Shown here: positions 10,784-23,250 of the stretch, one piece after another
Layout of the letters: each line of letters starts with the position of its first letter
Position numbering within the stretch: the first letter of the stretch is position 1
Translations under genes and position numbers: made by a program
Assembly (NCBI GenBank): GCA_051294375.1
Contig: CM119264.1
Location: 1,950,661 to 1,987,793 of the forward strand
Source of the DNA: Paraspadella gotoi
Taxonomy: Eukaryota > Animalia > Chaetognatha
Length of the DNA stretch: 37,133 bases
Direction: 5' to 3'
Notes under the pieces: model-generated
Database searches by the model: none
What the model saw: the letters and a program-made list of their open reading frames with translations, nothing else
Told to the model about the DNA's origin: nothing

Positions 10784-11920
10784 CTGTCCTTATCAGCTTA
10801 ATATCAAGAAAAAATGAGAGAGAAAAAAATATTTGAAAAAATAAAAAAAATAAAAATAAATAAAAACAAATAATTTAATACATTATTTAAAAAAAATTAA
10901 GCCACTGAGAAAACTTCTGAATCTGGACTTATCAACTTAATATCTGTAAACAGGGCTCTTTTCAAGCAGATATAATAAAGTGGAAATTACAATATGTGGT
11001 TAAAATCAAAGTATAGTATCTGTTCATATCAAATTAATATATGATAAATAGAAAATAATATGAAATCTCTTCCACTTCGAATGAAAACAAAACCCTAACC
11101 ACCAAAACCAAAAACCTACTCAGATGAAATCTCACCCACAAGAAAAAAGAGGGAAAACCATCACCTACTAAAACAAAATTGGGTAAAATCAAAGTAGAGT
11201 ACCTGTTCATATTAAATTAATATATGATAATTAAAAAATAAAGAGGCGCAAGTATCATATCTTATCAGCTCATTATCCGCGACAAAAACAAGTAACACAA
11301 AATGGAATAAAAATTAAGTAAATAAAGCAGTTAAAGAGGCAAACTATCAATACTTATCAATTTAATATTTAGTTGAAAAAAAAATTAGCATAAAAGAACT
11401 TCGTCTGGATGGCAAAAGCGCTCGAGGAATATAAAAAGACGAACAATGGTTGCGTTTATGTTATATATTATAATATTATAATACTATCTGCATAAAATAA
11501 AACTAAGAAGAAAAAATACAGCATCGGATTCTTATCAGCCTATTAAGTATTATCTGGAACAAAGAAAACTAAAAAAGAAATACGGCATGAGATTGATCAT
11601 CGAATTTTAGATAACCTTTATTGCGACTCAAAAGAAGAGTCGGTAAAATGTACAATCTGGCGACAACTTAATTACTTTGCATGAAAATTTTTTCTCCAAT
11701 TCTGTTAAGATCGAAAAAAAAGACATGTCCAGGATTCGAACGCAAACCTTTTTCACAAACGAACGAAAAAAATGTTCAAAAGATTTTCAAATGCTCAAAT
11801 ACTTGTCAGCTTAAACAGATCGAAAAGAACAAGAGATGTCCAGGATTCGAACCCAAACCTTTTTCCCAAACGAAAGAAAAAAATTCCAAAAGATTTTAAA
11901 AAATGTTATCACTTAAGCCA
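10784..11920 (+). ncRNA. Array of degenerate U2 snRNA 5' fragments (branch-point recognition region and stem-loop IIa)
   Basis: The best unit, 10997-11046, matches the invertebrate-type U2 segment TGGCTAAGATCAAAGTGTAGTATCTGTTCTTATCAGCTTAATATCTGATA (recalled consensus) at 43/50 nt. Other units are at 10784, 10921, 11180, 11251, 11343 and 11521, with weak ones at 11798 and 11904. No Sm site or 3' half was seen. Confidence 0.75.
11708..11905 (-). repeat. Two ~109-bp tandem units, each with a Pol III B-box/tRNA T-loop-like motif
   Basis: Units start at 11708 and 11817. CCAGGATTCGAAC(G/C)C reads G(C/G)GTTCGAATCCTGG on the minus strand. Confidence 0.6.
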
Positions 11921-12017
11921 AAAAAATATATAACGTCGCAGCCTTATTTTATAAATATAAATGAAAAAATGACTGAGAGGGAAATATGGGCGTTCAGACG
12001 CAAAAATACCTAACTGA

Positions 12018-12135
12018 TGACGTCATTACTTTCGGTTATGACGTCATCACTTCCGGTTATGACGTCACCAAAAATACCTGTATACTGATGTCATTACCTT
12101 CGCTTACGCTGAGGTCACTTCTGTTTATGACGTCA
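12018..12135. promoter_or_regulatory. Cluster of CRE (TGACGTCA) and ETS-like (ACTTCCGG) motifs
   Basis: Perfect TGACGTCA at 12018, 12039, 12060 (21-bp spacing) and 12128. ACTTCCGG at 12049. Degenerate TGATGTCA and TGAGGTCA lie between them. Confidence 0.55.
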
Positions 12136-12732
12136 TAAGACATAACTTTAGATATTGCCATCGTCGATCGAGTCATTGCATTATCTTTTAACTGCGTCAC
12201 AGATGACATCATCCTCACTATTTCAACATTTGATGCAATTTTTTTTATGACGTTATCTCTTTTTCTACTAATTAGAAAAATTAATTTGAAACTTTTAACC
12301 AAAACAATAGTTGATTTCCCTAAACAAATCATTTGTTTTTAAATTGCTTGAGATCGAGAGACACTTCCCGCGGATATTTGTAGAAAAAAAAAGATAAAAG
12401 CGATCTGCAAATATTTTTTTTGTAAGCAACTTTATAAATCACCCACTTTATTTAGCTATCTTTTATTCATTAATAAAACTAATTAATCTATTATTTTCTT
12501 ATGTTAAACCATCGATACATAAAACTAATTTATTAATTTAATTAATTTTGACACGAGAAAATTGTTGCGACGCAATTCCATCATCGTCCGTTTAAACCTT
12601 TGAGCAAGGAAAACAATCTTTAATTATAACAGTTTTTTCTTTAAAAGATTATTAACCATGCTCACCCTATAATTTATTTGTCTTTTTCCTTTTTCTTCTT
12701 TTTCCTTTTAACGTTTTGAGTTTTTTAACCTA

Positions 12733-15030
12733 CAGCTCTCCTATTCTTTACTCCAAGTAGTCCAGGGAATGAATAACTAATAAAGTTATCGTTATAATGA
12801 GCTAAGATTTCGTAAAAAGATGAAGGAAAATTTGCTCTATTGCCCACCTGATGGAAAATAATCAATTCAAAAATTTTGCGCTGAGGTCTTGATTTATTTT
12901 TTATTTTGTTTTGCTTCTAAAACAGTTATTTCTTTTTTAATTTGTTTTATTTTTGGTCCATATAATCGACTAACATGCCCGTACATATTGATGTAATTTC
13001 AGGGAGGTATTTAAAAAAACATAGGAGTTATCACATAAAAATGAGTTTAAAACTTTTTTCACTAAAATAGTCAAAAATAATAAATCAAATTACGTGATGA
13101 TTTTAAAATATTGTAAAACGTGCGCTTTAACCTAAGACAAGCCCAAATAAAAAAAAATATTTCCACATTAGAAAAACTTGGATTACAAGATTAAAACATT
13201 TTGTCATTTTTTGAGATATGCAGTCTATAATAAATTTTTCTGTCCCAAGGCAAAGAGGGGATCAAGCTGATTTTTAAATTTTTGATTAGTTTCAAAGTTA
13301 TTAACCAAAATGTGCAGTGTTAACACAACAAGTTTAAGATTGAGAAAACTAATTTTTGTAGGGGAAAAATATTTATAACAGTACAGCGTCGAGTCAATAT
13401 TTACAGGACAGTGCGAAAAAAACAAAGACAACGACATCAGTTTGAAAAAGATAGAGTGTGTTAAAAAGTAAGTGACTAGTAAGTGAGTTAGCAAGTGAGT
13501 GAGTGAGTGAGAAAAAGAGAGAGGGGCAGAAATCAAAGGTTGCCCGTTTTATTGCTGTTCTTTCTCAAGAAAAGTCAGGATAAAAGCAACAAAGAACATA
13601 ATGACAAAGAGAACAACGACAAAAACAATAACGACAAAGAACATAATGACAAAGACACTCTTTAAATTGCTTGTTTTTTACTTTAACTAAAAAAAACATG
13701 AAAATTTAAGGAGTAAATGAGCTTTATTGGTAATTAAAATGTAATTCAGTCTTTCCTTTTTCCAAATCCGAAAGAAAAACAAAAAAATTCATATGCCTTC
13801 ATTAAAATTTTTAACTCCGAAAACTGTTATACTTTTAACTAGGTTTTAAACAAATCCTGTCTTAACATTTTTGGATAAAATTTATAGAAAATAGTTCAGA
13901 AAGGTGCCCCATGATTAGGGCTTTAACTTGATACCTCTCCCACCATCCTATCTCTTTTTTTTCAAAAGTTATGCAAAAAAATAACTTTTTTTATCATCGG
14001 AACACTAAGGATTTGAACTACGCAGTACAAATCTTTGTTAAATAAAATTTTCGGCAAAGCGGGAGTATCTCATTTTATCCTATTTGTATAATACCTAAAT
14101 TTCAAATTAAAAACTAAAGAAAAATTTTTTATCATCTAGAGACATATCACTTTCAGTTGTACCCATCGTCTTACTTGTTTATGGCTTATTGTTTAAGAAT
14201 TCAGAGAAACAAAGTATCTAGTCCAAATTTCAAGAAAAAAAAAAAGATTTCAAATTAAAAAATCTATCTTTTTCAATGTATATCTTTTTTTTGGGAAAGT
14301 GAGTAGTTGCAAGTTTTGGTTGTCTTAAAGTTGTTGGTTATTTGGATGAGAATGCAAAATTTCATTGAATAATATTCATTCCATCAGTTTTTATTAAGCT
14401 TTAAAAAAAGGTTGATTTTTACAATTTTTTGTCACTTTGTAAATAAATATCTCTGGTTATAAAAAATATTTTTTAAATGTGAAAGTATATTTAGAATCAG
14501 TATAGCTTCTACTTTTGGAGGTACTGAGACAATTCAGATTTAAACATATATATTGAGCATTTCCTTTTTTTTGACAAATTATTAAAAGATTTTCATTAGT
14601 TAAACAAATTTTTTTTAATAATAAAGTAATCATACAACAATCTCGTGAGAGAGAGAATTGTTTGTATCCAAAATTTTTAAAATTGAACTCTGTTTAAAGG
14701 AACAATGGTATCATAGCTTTTTTACAACTTATAACATAAAAAATAGAAATAATTTTGTAATTTTTTTTACGTCATTTTATAGCTTTAACTTAGAACGACT
14801 TTCAATAAAAATTTTAATTATTTTGGGTTAATACTTTTAAGACAAGATGAGAAATAATTTTAAGAAATTTTAGGGCTTGGAGCACAAAATTTTGAAATTT
14901 CTTAAAATCCGTCAGGTGGGCAATAAAGCAATCATTCCCGGATCTGATCCTCGAATATAAAGAAATTTTAGCCCATATTTCGAGAGTTATGAGAGCCCTG
15001 AACTACTAGGAGTCTAGAGAAAAAGAGCTG
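12733..15030. mobile_element. Old TA-flanked TIR element (Tc1/mariner-like, non-autonomous)
   Basis: Ends TA|CAGCTCT...AGAGCTG|TA. There is ~150 bp of diverged inverted homology (12733-12885 vs 14878-15030), sharing ACTCC-AGTAGT-CAGGG and TATTGCCCACCTGA-GGA. Confidence 0.55.
13667..14233 (+). repeat. Left arm of a ~550-bp inverted repeat
   Basis: High-identity reverse complement of 17265-17802, with one ~25-30-bp indel near 14125-14152. Confidence 0.9.
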
Positions 15031-15247
15031 TATTTGAGCAGAGAAAACAAATTTTTTTACTTAACCGACTAAAATCTACAAAAGAAAAAAAATCACAGCC
15101 ACAATGATGACAGAAAGAATTACATGAGTATTATTCCAGTTGATAACAAAAAAAAACACAAAAAAAACAGAAAAGCAAACAATCTATCTGACAACGGAGC
15201 ACGACTAACAAACGAAAAATAAACAAAAAATAAAAACTGAACAGTGT

Positions 15248-16995
15248 CTAAGGGAAGAAATATTTACATTTTTTTCTGCTTTCGCAGTATTTATGCTTTT
15301 CGTCGTCAATGAGATTGTCAATGGCCCTGGAAGCCATTTCGCCATCGACGACAAAGGCCTTGCATGCATCGTAGGCGCTTTCGTCGTGGCACCCGCCCTC
15401 CATTCGCCACAACGGCCAAACGTGATACAAGACTTTTCTCGCATCAATCACGAGTTTGTCAACTCTCTTTTTCAACCCGTAGCATCGCAAGATGTACGGG
15501 CGCACATTGTCCTTGATGAAATTGGTCCTTTCAAAAACCACCGACGCCCTCCGACGCGATTCGCTCACGCAAATGGCGAATAGCGCACCCGTCGAAGGCT
15601 TCACTTCGCTGATGATGCTTAGCTCATCGTCGCTCCCCTCCGCCCCGTTGCCAGACCCATTCGGTGAATTTTCCGCACCCACAAACTCGGCGATGCGACG
15701 AATTTCATTGACCACCAATGGCCCAAAGTCATCTTCCGAGTTCATTCTTTCGTGCGAACTGATTGTCACCTCTGACATCTGCTCCGCCACCTCTGACATC
15801 TCCGTCACCTCGGACATCTGCTCCATCACCTCGGACATCTGCTCCGCCGCCTCTGACATCTCCGCCGCCTCTGACATCTCCTCCGCCGCCTCTTCTGACA
15901 TCTCCTCCGTCGCCTCTGACATCTGCTCCACCGCTGACATCTGCTCCGCGTCCGCCACCCTCGTCGCCTCTGCCACCCTCGCCGCTTCCGCCTCGAGCTC
16001 TGCCATCCTCACCGCCTCCGCCTCGACCATTCGCGTCGCATCCGTCTCTGCCCTTCGCGCCGCCTCCTACACGTCTGCCATCTCTGCTGCCTCTGCCATC
16101 TCTGCCTCCTCCTCCACCCTTTCCACCGCAATCTCCGCTGCCTCCTCTTGCGCCTCTGCCGCCTCCACTTCCGCTATCTCCGCTTCCAACGCTACCATTT
16201 CTGCCTCAATCTCCATCTCCTCTGGCGATTGCGAGCAACTCATCGAATCTGTGGATGCGATGCTTTGCTGGTCCGCCATTTGTCCAACAGAGACTTGATC
16301 CCCGACCACCAATGGCACCTCCAAAACTGCCACCAGCAATTGTGGCAGCGTCTGGCTCATTCCACTCAGGATTTGCGCGGCCGCTTCCTGAGTTAGCCTC
16401 CACACTCGGACATTTCGACTTCGACGAATCGCGGCGCGACAACTTGGAGAGTCCCGTTGTTGTCGGTCGCGACAGAAACGTCCATACCTAGGTCGGAAAT
16501 GGGCTGAGTTGCGTGGATGCTCGGCACATTTGGCAGGGAGACGACCGCGTGATGAAACTGCTGCTGCTGATGGTGTTGCTGCTGTTGCTGATGGTGTTGC
16601 TGCTGCTGATGGTGCTGCTGCTGCTGCTGATGATGCAACTGACGGTGTTGCTGCTGCTGATGGTGCAACTGATGGTGTTGCTGCTGCTGCTGATGCTGTT
16701 GCGTCGAAATGACATGCGCTTGCCACTCTGATGCTAAAGATGGCAATTGCATGTCGACGTGTTCAACCGGTTGTTGATGGAATCTCACTGGCGCCCATCC
16801 AGAAAAAGTCGGTGGTGGGGTCTGGATGTGGTGGAATCCATGTCCAAGGGGAAACGCGGTGGCAGACGAAATGCCACCAGAGAAGTGGCCGCCGTTGAAG
16901 CCACTCAAGCTCTGCAAGACTTGGTCCACTTTCGCCTCGAGTCTATTGAGATGCTGTTGCATCGCCGCGTCCCCCGAGTTCGAAAAATGAGTCAT
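15248..16995 (-). pseudogene. Decayed ~580-aa orphan gene (short coiled coil, Q/H tract, acidic EQMSEA repeats, C-terminal globular domain)
   Basis: A splice acceptor (TCTCCTCAG) precedes ATG 16995. There is a frameshift near 16395 and a single in-frame TAG at 16069-16067; ORFs 16726-16067 and 16030-15248 share a frame. GC-rich island. Confidence 0.65.
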
Positions 16996-17264
16996 GATGG
17001 GAATAATCTGAGGAGAGAAAATGGAAAAAAAAAGATTTATTAGTACAATCTTTTGTGTATATGTATATCTATATATATATTTACATATGATGCAGAGACA
17101 GATCACGCTTAATTTCATGTGCACGAAAAAAAAATTATCGGTCATTGAATTTACTTTGTCTGACCATTTGTACTAACAAGCCATCCCTTCCTGACAGTTA
17201 TGCTGGACAAATACATGCAAAATATGATTCGGCTAGAATGATACAGTAAAATATAGTGTAAAAG

Positions 17265-17802
17265 TTGAAATTTGGACTAGATACTTTGTTTCTCTGAATT
17301 CTTAAACCATAAGCCATAAATGAGTAAGACGATGGGTACAACTGATTTTTCTTTAGTTTTTATTTTGAAATTTAGGTATTATACAAATAAGATAAATTGA
17401 GATACTCTCGCTTTGCCGAAATTTTTATTTAACAAAGATTTGTACTGCGTAGTTCAAATCCTTAGTTCTCCGATGATAAAAAAAGTTAATTTTTGCATAA
17501 CTTTTGAAAGAAAAGAGATAGGATGGTGGTCGAGGTATCAAATTAAAGCCCTAATCATGGGGCACTTTTCTGAACTAGTTTCTATAAATTTTATTCAAAA
17601 ATGTTAAGACAGGATTTGTTTAAAACCTAGTTAAAAGTATAACAGTTTTTGGAGTTAAAAATTTTAATGAAGGCATATGAATTTTTTTGTTTTTCTTTCG
17701 GATTTGGAAAAAGGAAAGACTGAATTACATTTTTATTACCAATAAAGCTCTTTTACTCCATAAATTTGTATGTATTTTTTAGTTAAAGTAAAAAACAAAC
17801 AA
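17265..17802 (-). repeat. Right arm of a ~550-bp inverted repeat
   Basis: Reverse complement of 13667-14233. Confidence 0.9.
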
Positions 17803-18102
17803 AAATACATATAGTAGCATGATAAAATGTTATTTTAAATATGTAAAATTATAAATTAAAAATTATTTTTAGTTTAATATAAACAGTTTGGTTGTCTACC
17901 TTTTTGTCTGTAAAAAAATAATCATTTTTTTTATTTTTAACTGGAAACAAAAAGCTTGACCAACGACTACAAAAGCTCCCGAGGCTGAAAAGCCGATGAA
18001 GGACGCCGCACCGACGAAAGACAAANNNNNNNNNNCGAGCCGAAGGGTGACGTCAAACCTGAAATAGAGATTCCAAAAAATCTGGCTCCAGCGGTTCCAG
18101 GC

Positions 18103-18345
18103 ATGTCGACTCAACAGATTGTCGACCTAGTCTTTTCCATTCTGGCGCCTTCTGGTGTGTTGGCGTTTGCGATCGGATTGGGCATCAAGTGTGTAAAATT
18201 ACGACGGCAAGGTCTCTCAGCCCGGGAAATCATTGTTGTCATATTTTACCTCTTGATAACTCGATTCTGTCCCGATCGCATCCACCAGTTTGAGGATCCA
18301 AGGGACCGACCCTGCCCAGGCGTGATCGTACTACCTGCTCCCTAA
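18103..18345 (+). CDS. Possible small membrane protein (80 aa)
   Basis: ATG-initiated ORF in a GC-richer island, with two hydrophobic segments (LVFSILAPSGVLAFAIGLGI; IIVVIFYLLI) separated by a basic loop. No family recognised. Confidence 0.3.
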   Translation: MSTQQIVDLVFSILAPSGVLAFAIGLGIKCVKLRRQGLSAREIIVVIFYLLITRFCPDRIHQFEDPRDRPCPGVIVLPAP

Positions 18346-18552
18346 TGGCCTCGTTACCCAAAATGCCTTTTTTAAGGCAGAAGAAACTCACCCAAACGGC
18401 CCTTTTTAGGGCCACCAAAGATTGTCATTAATAAATATTTTATGGTTGTCAACGGAGTAATTGATCAAACGATTTTTAAGACATATCGAATAATTTGTGT
18501 GGTTTCTCTGAGAATTTAGAGTTGTATTAAAATTAAAAACTTTTTTTTTGTA

Positions 18553-18953
18553 CATGGTGACAATTTTACAAGTTTTTGAATATCCTAATTAAATTAAAGC
18601 TGGGCCAGTTAAATTTTATACTACAGTATTCGTAAGTATATAATTCTCTTCATATTTTTAAGGGCTTTCTGAGGATATTAATATTGTTAATATTTTAATA
18701 AATACTTTGTTTAAAAAGTGCTAAAAGTTAAAAAAAAATTGAATTTAAAAACAGTGAGTTGGAAAATAAAACCGATTTGACAAGCCAACTTTCTCCACTC
18801 ATTGTCAAGGCATATCTTAACTGATCAATATAAAATTTAACACATAAATAGTTTTAGTATTTTCTACTCAACTAATTTTTAAAATTAATGAAATAACCAC
18901 TGGTTTGCAAATGACAGCATATTTCTACCGGCGCTTGTAAAATTGTCACCATG
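18553..18953. mobile_element. MITE with TA TSD (Tc1/mariner/pogo-type)
   Basis: Perfect 20-bp TIR CATGGTGACAATTTTACAAG, flanked by TA on both sides; 401 bp. Confidence 0.88.
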
Positions 18954-19049
18954 TAATCACGAAGCAGTAATCTATTATACGATAAAAACGATAAAAACGA
19001 AAAAAATAATAAAAACTACTAATCTATAACAAACGGTTTGCCTCTTCGG

Positions 19050-19082
19050 TTATACCCTAGACTAGTTTCTCTAGGGTATTAA
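19050..19082 (-). mobile_element. Helentron/DINE-1-like terminal hairpin
   Basis: TT-ATACCCTAGA-CTAGTTTC-TCTAGGGTAT forms a 10-bp stem. It has the same TTATACCC...GGGTAT frame as DINE-1 ends and marks the boundary of homology with 23251-23987. Confidence 0.55.
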
Positions 19083-19799
19083 TTTGACCCTCAAGGTCTG
19101 TACATAAAACTTCAGGTGTGCATTTCCTTCCTAGAAAAGTAATACGAAAGGTTGAATAATAAGCAAATTAGACAAAAGATTAATTATCACAAGGAAATTA
19201 TTTAGTTCTATTCGTTTATTGTACAAATAATAAGACTCACCATAGTTGATCCAACGCTGTTTGTTGTAGCGCCACGCTATCTGTATCCTGCGTGATGACG
19301 TCGTTTACCCTTGGCAAAAAAAAATTGGGAAACGAAAGAAAAGAGAGATGATTGCTATACAAATTTATATCAAAGATACATTTAATTAACTATTTAAAAA
19401 TATTGAATCTATATTTCTACGTACTCTCTCTATGACTTTTAATAAGTCCTTATACTTGGGCAAATGCACTTTTTGAGACCATCGCTCCTCGCGTCTGTTA
19501 AACAATTAAAAAAAATTAAAAAAAGACAAAGTAACTACTGTAAATATTGACCTAGTTTATAGCACAAAACAATCGAATGCAACAAACAAACGCAACAATG
19601 CAAAACAACAAACAACAAAACAATGCAACAAACAAAAACAATGCAACGACACTTACAATCTTTGCTTCATTTGGGCGATTCTCCTTTTGACGTTGACGAC
19701 CGTGACGTCCTCCCATGTAGCGGGTGTCGACTGTCGACATTCTTTTTTTCTATAAAAAAAAAAGAAATCGAAGTCTTGAAAAATACAATGACAGTCAAA

Positions 19800-21463
19800 A
19801 AAATTAACCAACCGAGACCAAAGGCGTATGTCATCGTGCTTACTTACTTTTGTCGGCATTTCATCGTCGTTCGAATCTGAGTCAGAATCTGTGACAGGGC
19901 TCGGCGGCCTGGCGACACGTTCCTCCCCCAGCACCCTAGGGCATATCGAAAGACAGCTCGTCCACTTAAAGAATCTCAGCGGCATTCTCGCCGCCCACGC
20001 GTATTCACCCGCCGGCCACAGTTTCATAAACCGTGGGTGCGGCAGCGCCGTGCCCGGTCCTTCCACTAGTAAATCTATTCCGACTCCTTCGACCGCTCCG
20101 GGTGGCGTCACCGCCAACATTTCCCTTTCGAGGAGGAACACCTCCACCTTTGGTGCATTTCTTTCTGACTCATACCAATAGTTTCCGTAACAGAAACCAT
20201 TTTTCTGAAATCTCCCAATAAAACAAAGTTTAACTGCAGTAAAAATAAAAAACGAAATGAAAAATAATGGTTGTTGAGATATCCGTTTTTCACATGACAA
20301 AAATCCAAATAATTAAATGAAGATATATCAAGTTCCGTTCAAATTTTGTGAAAAAATATGAATCTTTAAAATATGATAAAAGTTTGATTAAGTGTTATAG
20401 CATTTATGACATATTAGACTGTAAAGAACAAAATTGAGGTTTTAAAGTTTAACACAAAAATATTGACTTACTAAAGATGCGGTCTGTAATCGAATGAGCA
20501 ACAAGTTCTTAAAAATTGATGTCTGGCATCGGAGATCAATAAGGTAAAGCAATGCAAATACACAAAAAAATAATGTCATCCAAAAAAACAATTTCTGAAA
20601 AATTGATTAAATTTTTAGTTACTACTCTTGACTGTTAAAATGTTAAGAAGTTAAATTTTAAAACTTTCATTAATATAAGATAAATGTAAATTAAATAATA
20701 CAGAGCTACTTTCTAAAAATTAATGTTTACAATTTAAAATTACCTTGTAAATTTCTTTTTGCACTAAACCAACAGGCATGTGACAGGCGCCATAACCACG
20801 GTCAGCGAAAGTAAAATTTAGCCGCGATGAATAACATAGCAATATAAACAATGCCAATTGCTCCAGATAATAAATACGAAACAGATTAACTCCTTTAAAA
20901 AATATAAGATTATATATAGTTAATGACTGATTTAATAATATAGTATATATAATAATAATATATATATTTAAACTTACCAAGAACATTTTAGTTCATTTAA
21001 ATGACAATCATGTATCACGTGTATCACTCATGGTATCAAGCGTATAAACATGTGAGATCAATGATGCTAAAAATATCAATTCCAAATTATGTGGCGCAAG
21101 ATAATCCTAAAAGACAGTAATATTTATTTATATTAACTTACTACTTTGTGAATGTAAATGACAAAAGCATAAGCGACAGCCGATGCGTACACCGGCCCGA
21201 ATCGGGACTGTGAGTTGAGGAAGGCGCTCCTCAGCCCGTACCAGTGCCCCCATGCCAAGTAGGGCGCTCCCCGATCTAATATTCCAAATACTCCGCCTCC
21301 ACCAGACGGAGCAACAAGACCATGTTGGAAGGCGCCGCGCCCTATGCGCCAGCCAACGTGGCCAGGAACGCGAGGACGCCTCGTAGGAGAGACGCCCGCC
21401 CATGGCCGCGCCACAAGCGCACGCCATCTCCGGGCGTCGACGTCAGCAGCGATCGTCGAGTTC
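19800..21463 (-). other. Two GC-rich exon-like islands (about 21463-21170 and 20204-19800), unknown product
   Basis: Each island starts after a TTTCAG acceptor on the minus strand and has an open frame. No recognisable domain. Confidence 0.35.
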
Positions 21464-21910
21464 CTGAAAATTAAATTTTTTTCCGTTTTACATAACCGAA
21501 CAAGTTCGAAAAGTATACTAAAAAGAATTGGAAATAGGAATATTTTTTTTACACTTTTGATAAGATGAACTCACAACTGGAATAGAAAAAAAGAAAGTAG
21601 AATTGATGACAAGTCGGTGTGGGTTGGAGAGTGAACGAACTTTAGGATGAGAAAAATTTTTTGAAAAGAAATCTGATAATTGAGTGTAGTGATGTTTCGT
21701 GGAGCAGACAAGTGGTAGCTTTCCTTTCCTGAGAATGAGTGAATGAAAGATAGAGCAGTCACATCCGACGTTAACCCTTGACCAGAAGAGAGATCACTGA
21801 CCGGAGAAGGACACCCTAGCCTCTCGTCTCGGCTCTCGACGAGAGACGACGCCCGCTAATTACTGATGTAAAAACACTTAAATCTAAATATTTTCCTTCA
21901 TAAGTACTTT

Positions 21911-23248
21911 CTATACTTTTTGACACCTCGTCGCTTTTTCCCCTTTTCATGACGAAAAACAAAATTAAACTTTTCATTCTGGGTGTCTCGAGTAAGACTC
22001 CCAATCCTGTCCAAATTCTGTTATTTTGTGACATTTTATATATATTTTTATGACTAAAAAAAATATGTAATTCCAGAAGAGAAAAAATTCGAAAATGATT
22101 ATTAATTTTCTTGCTTATTACAATTTATAAGAAATTCTCGTATTCTTCCTCTTCCTCTCCCCCATCGCTTTCTGATTTTGGCTGTTGCAGAATTTTGTAT
22201 TTTTATTAAAATTCTCATGAAATTTACAAATTTCAGGAGTTTATACAAATTCTCACATAGTTTTTACAATATTTCCACAGAAATCAGGAAATTTTTCTGA
22301 AAAAAATTAACATTTCGCCAGGAAAAATTTGGTCCTTCTTTTCTGAATAATTTAAAAATAATCAATTACAAATTAAGTAAAGATACTACGCGTAGAAAAT
22401 TTAGGAAAAAATTATAAGAAATTTCACAGGAAATTACAAATTTTCACAGTAAAGCCACAAATTCTCACAGAAAAATTACAAATTCTCATTAGAAAAAATA
22501 GAATTCTCACAGAAAAATTACAAATTTTCGCTGAATTGTCTCTCTCATCTCTTTATCTCTCTCTCTCTCTTCTGTTTGTCTCGAACAGAGCAAAAATTGG
22601 TCACGAGGGAGACGAGAACATCTGGTCCCTGAGTGGACGAGAAAATGACAAGGATGAGAGGTAGTGAGCTGACGGATTTCCGGCGTCCAATCGGAGAACA
22701 CGAGAATTCTGAGATGTTGCAAAGCTGGAGGATTCGAGTAATTTATTTGTCTGGTGAATTATATAAAGAAAGATCGTAGCGGGTCGAGAAAAGGCAAGAG
22801 AAAAAATAAATTTTTCTGTGAGAATTTCGAAATCTCATTGACCACATTTGCAAATATTCTATGAGAATTTTACTCTTTACTCGATTTCTACAAAAAATTT
22901 GTATCAGAGAAAGAAGTGAAGGAAAGATAGGAATGGAAGAGTTTGAATTTTTCTTAGCTGTATCCAGACGAGTAATGGACCAGCTGTTGTTTGCTAGAAT
23001 AATAACAACTTTTTTTTGCCCGCAAAGATTTAAACTCGTATATGTTCCAGATCACATTTCTTTATTCCAAAATTTTTTTGTTAGAATTCGGAGTAAAGAG
23101 TGAAAAATTCAACAGAAAATTTTTACAAAGTGGTCAAAGCGGAGAAATTCGAAATTTTCTCACACTTCGCCACATAAAGAAAGGAATTTAATCTTGTAAG
23201 ATAATTACAACATTCATTACAAATTTTCCGTCTTTTCTACAAATTTTT
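21911..23248 (+). repeat. Copy of window positions 1-1278
   Basis: Colinear with 1-1278, differing mostly by scattered 1-bp indels. Confidence 0.92.
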
Positions 23249-23250
23249 GT

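Noticed and set aside
10997-11046. Functional U2 snRNA gene
   Set aside because: It lacks the U2 5' end, the Sm site and the 3' stem-loops, and the branch-point recognition sequence is mutated.
15492-16731. Plus-strand Ser/Ala- and Pro-rich ORFs
   Set aside because: Antisense readings of the acidic and Q/H repeats of the minus-strand pseudogene.
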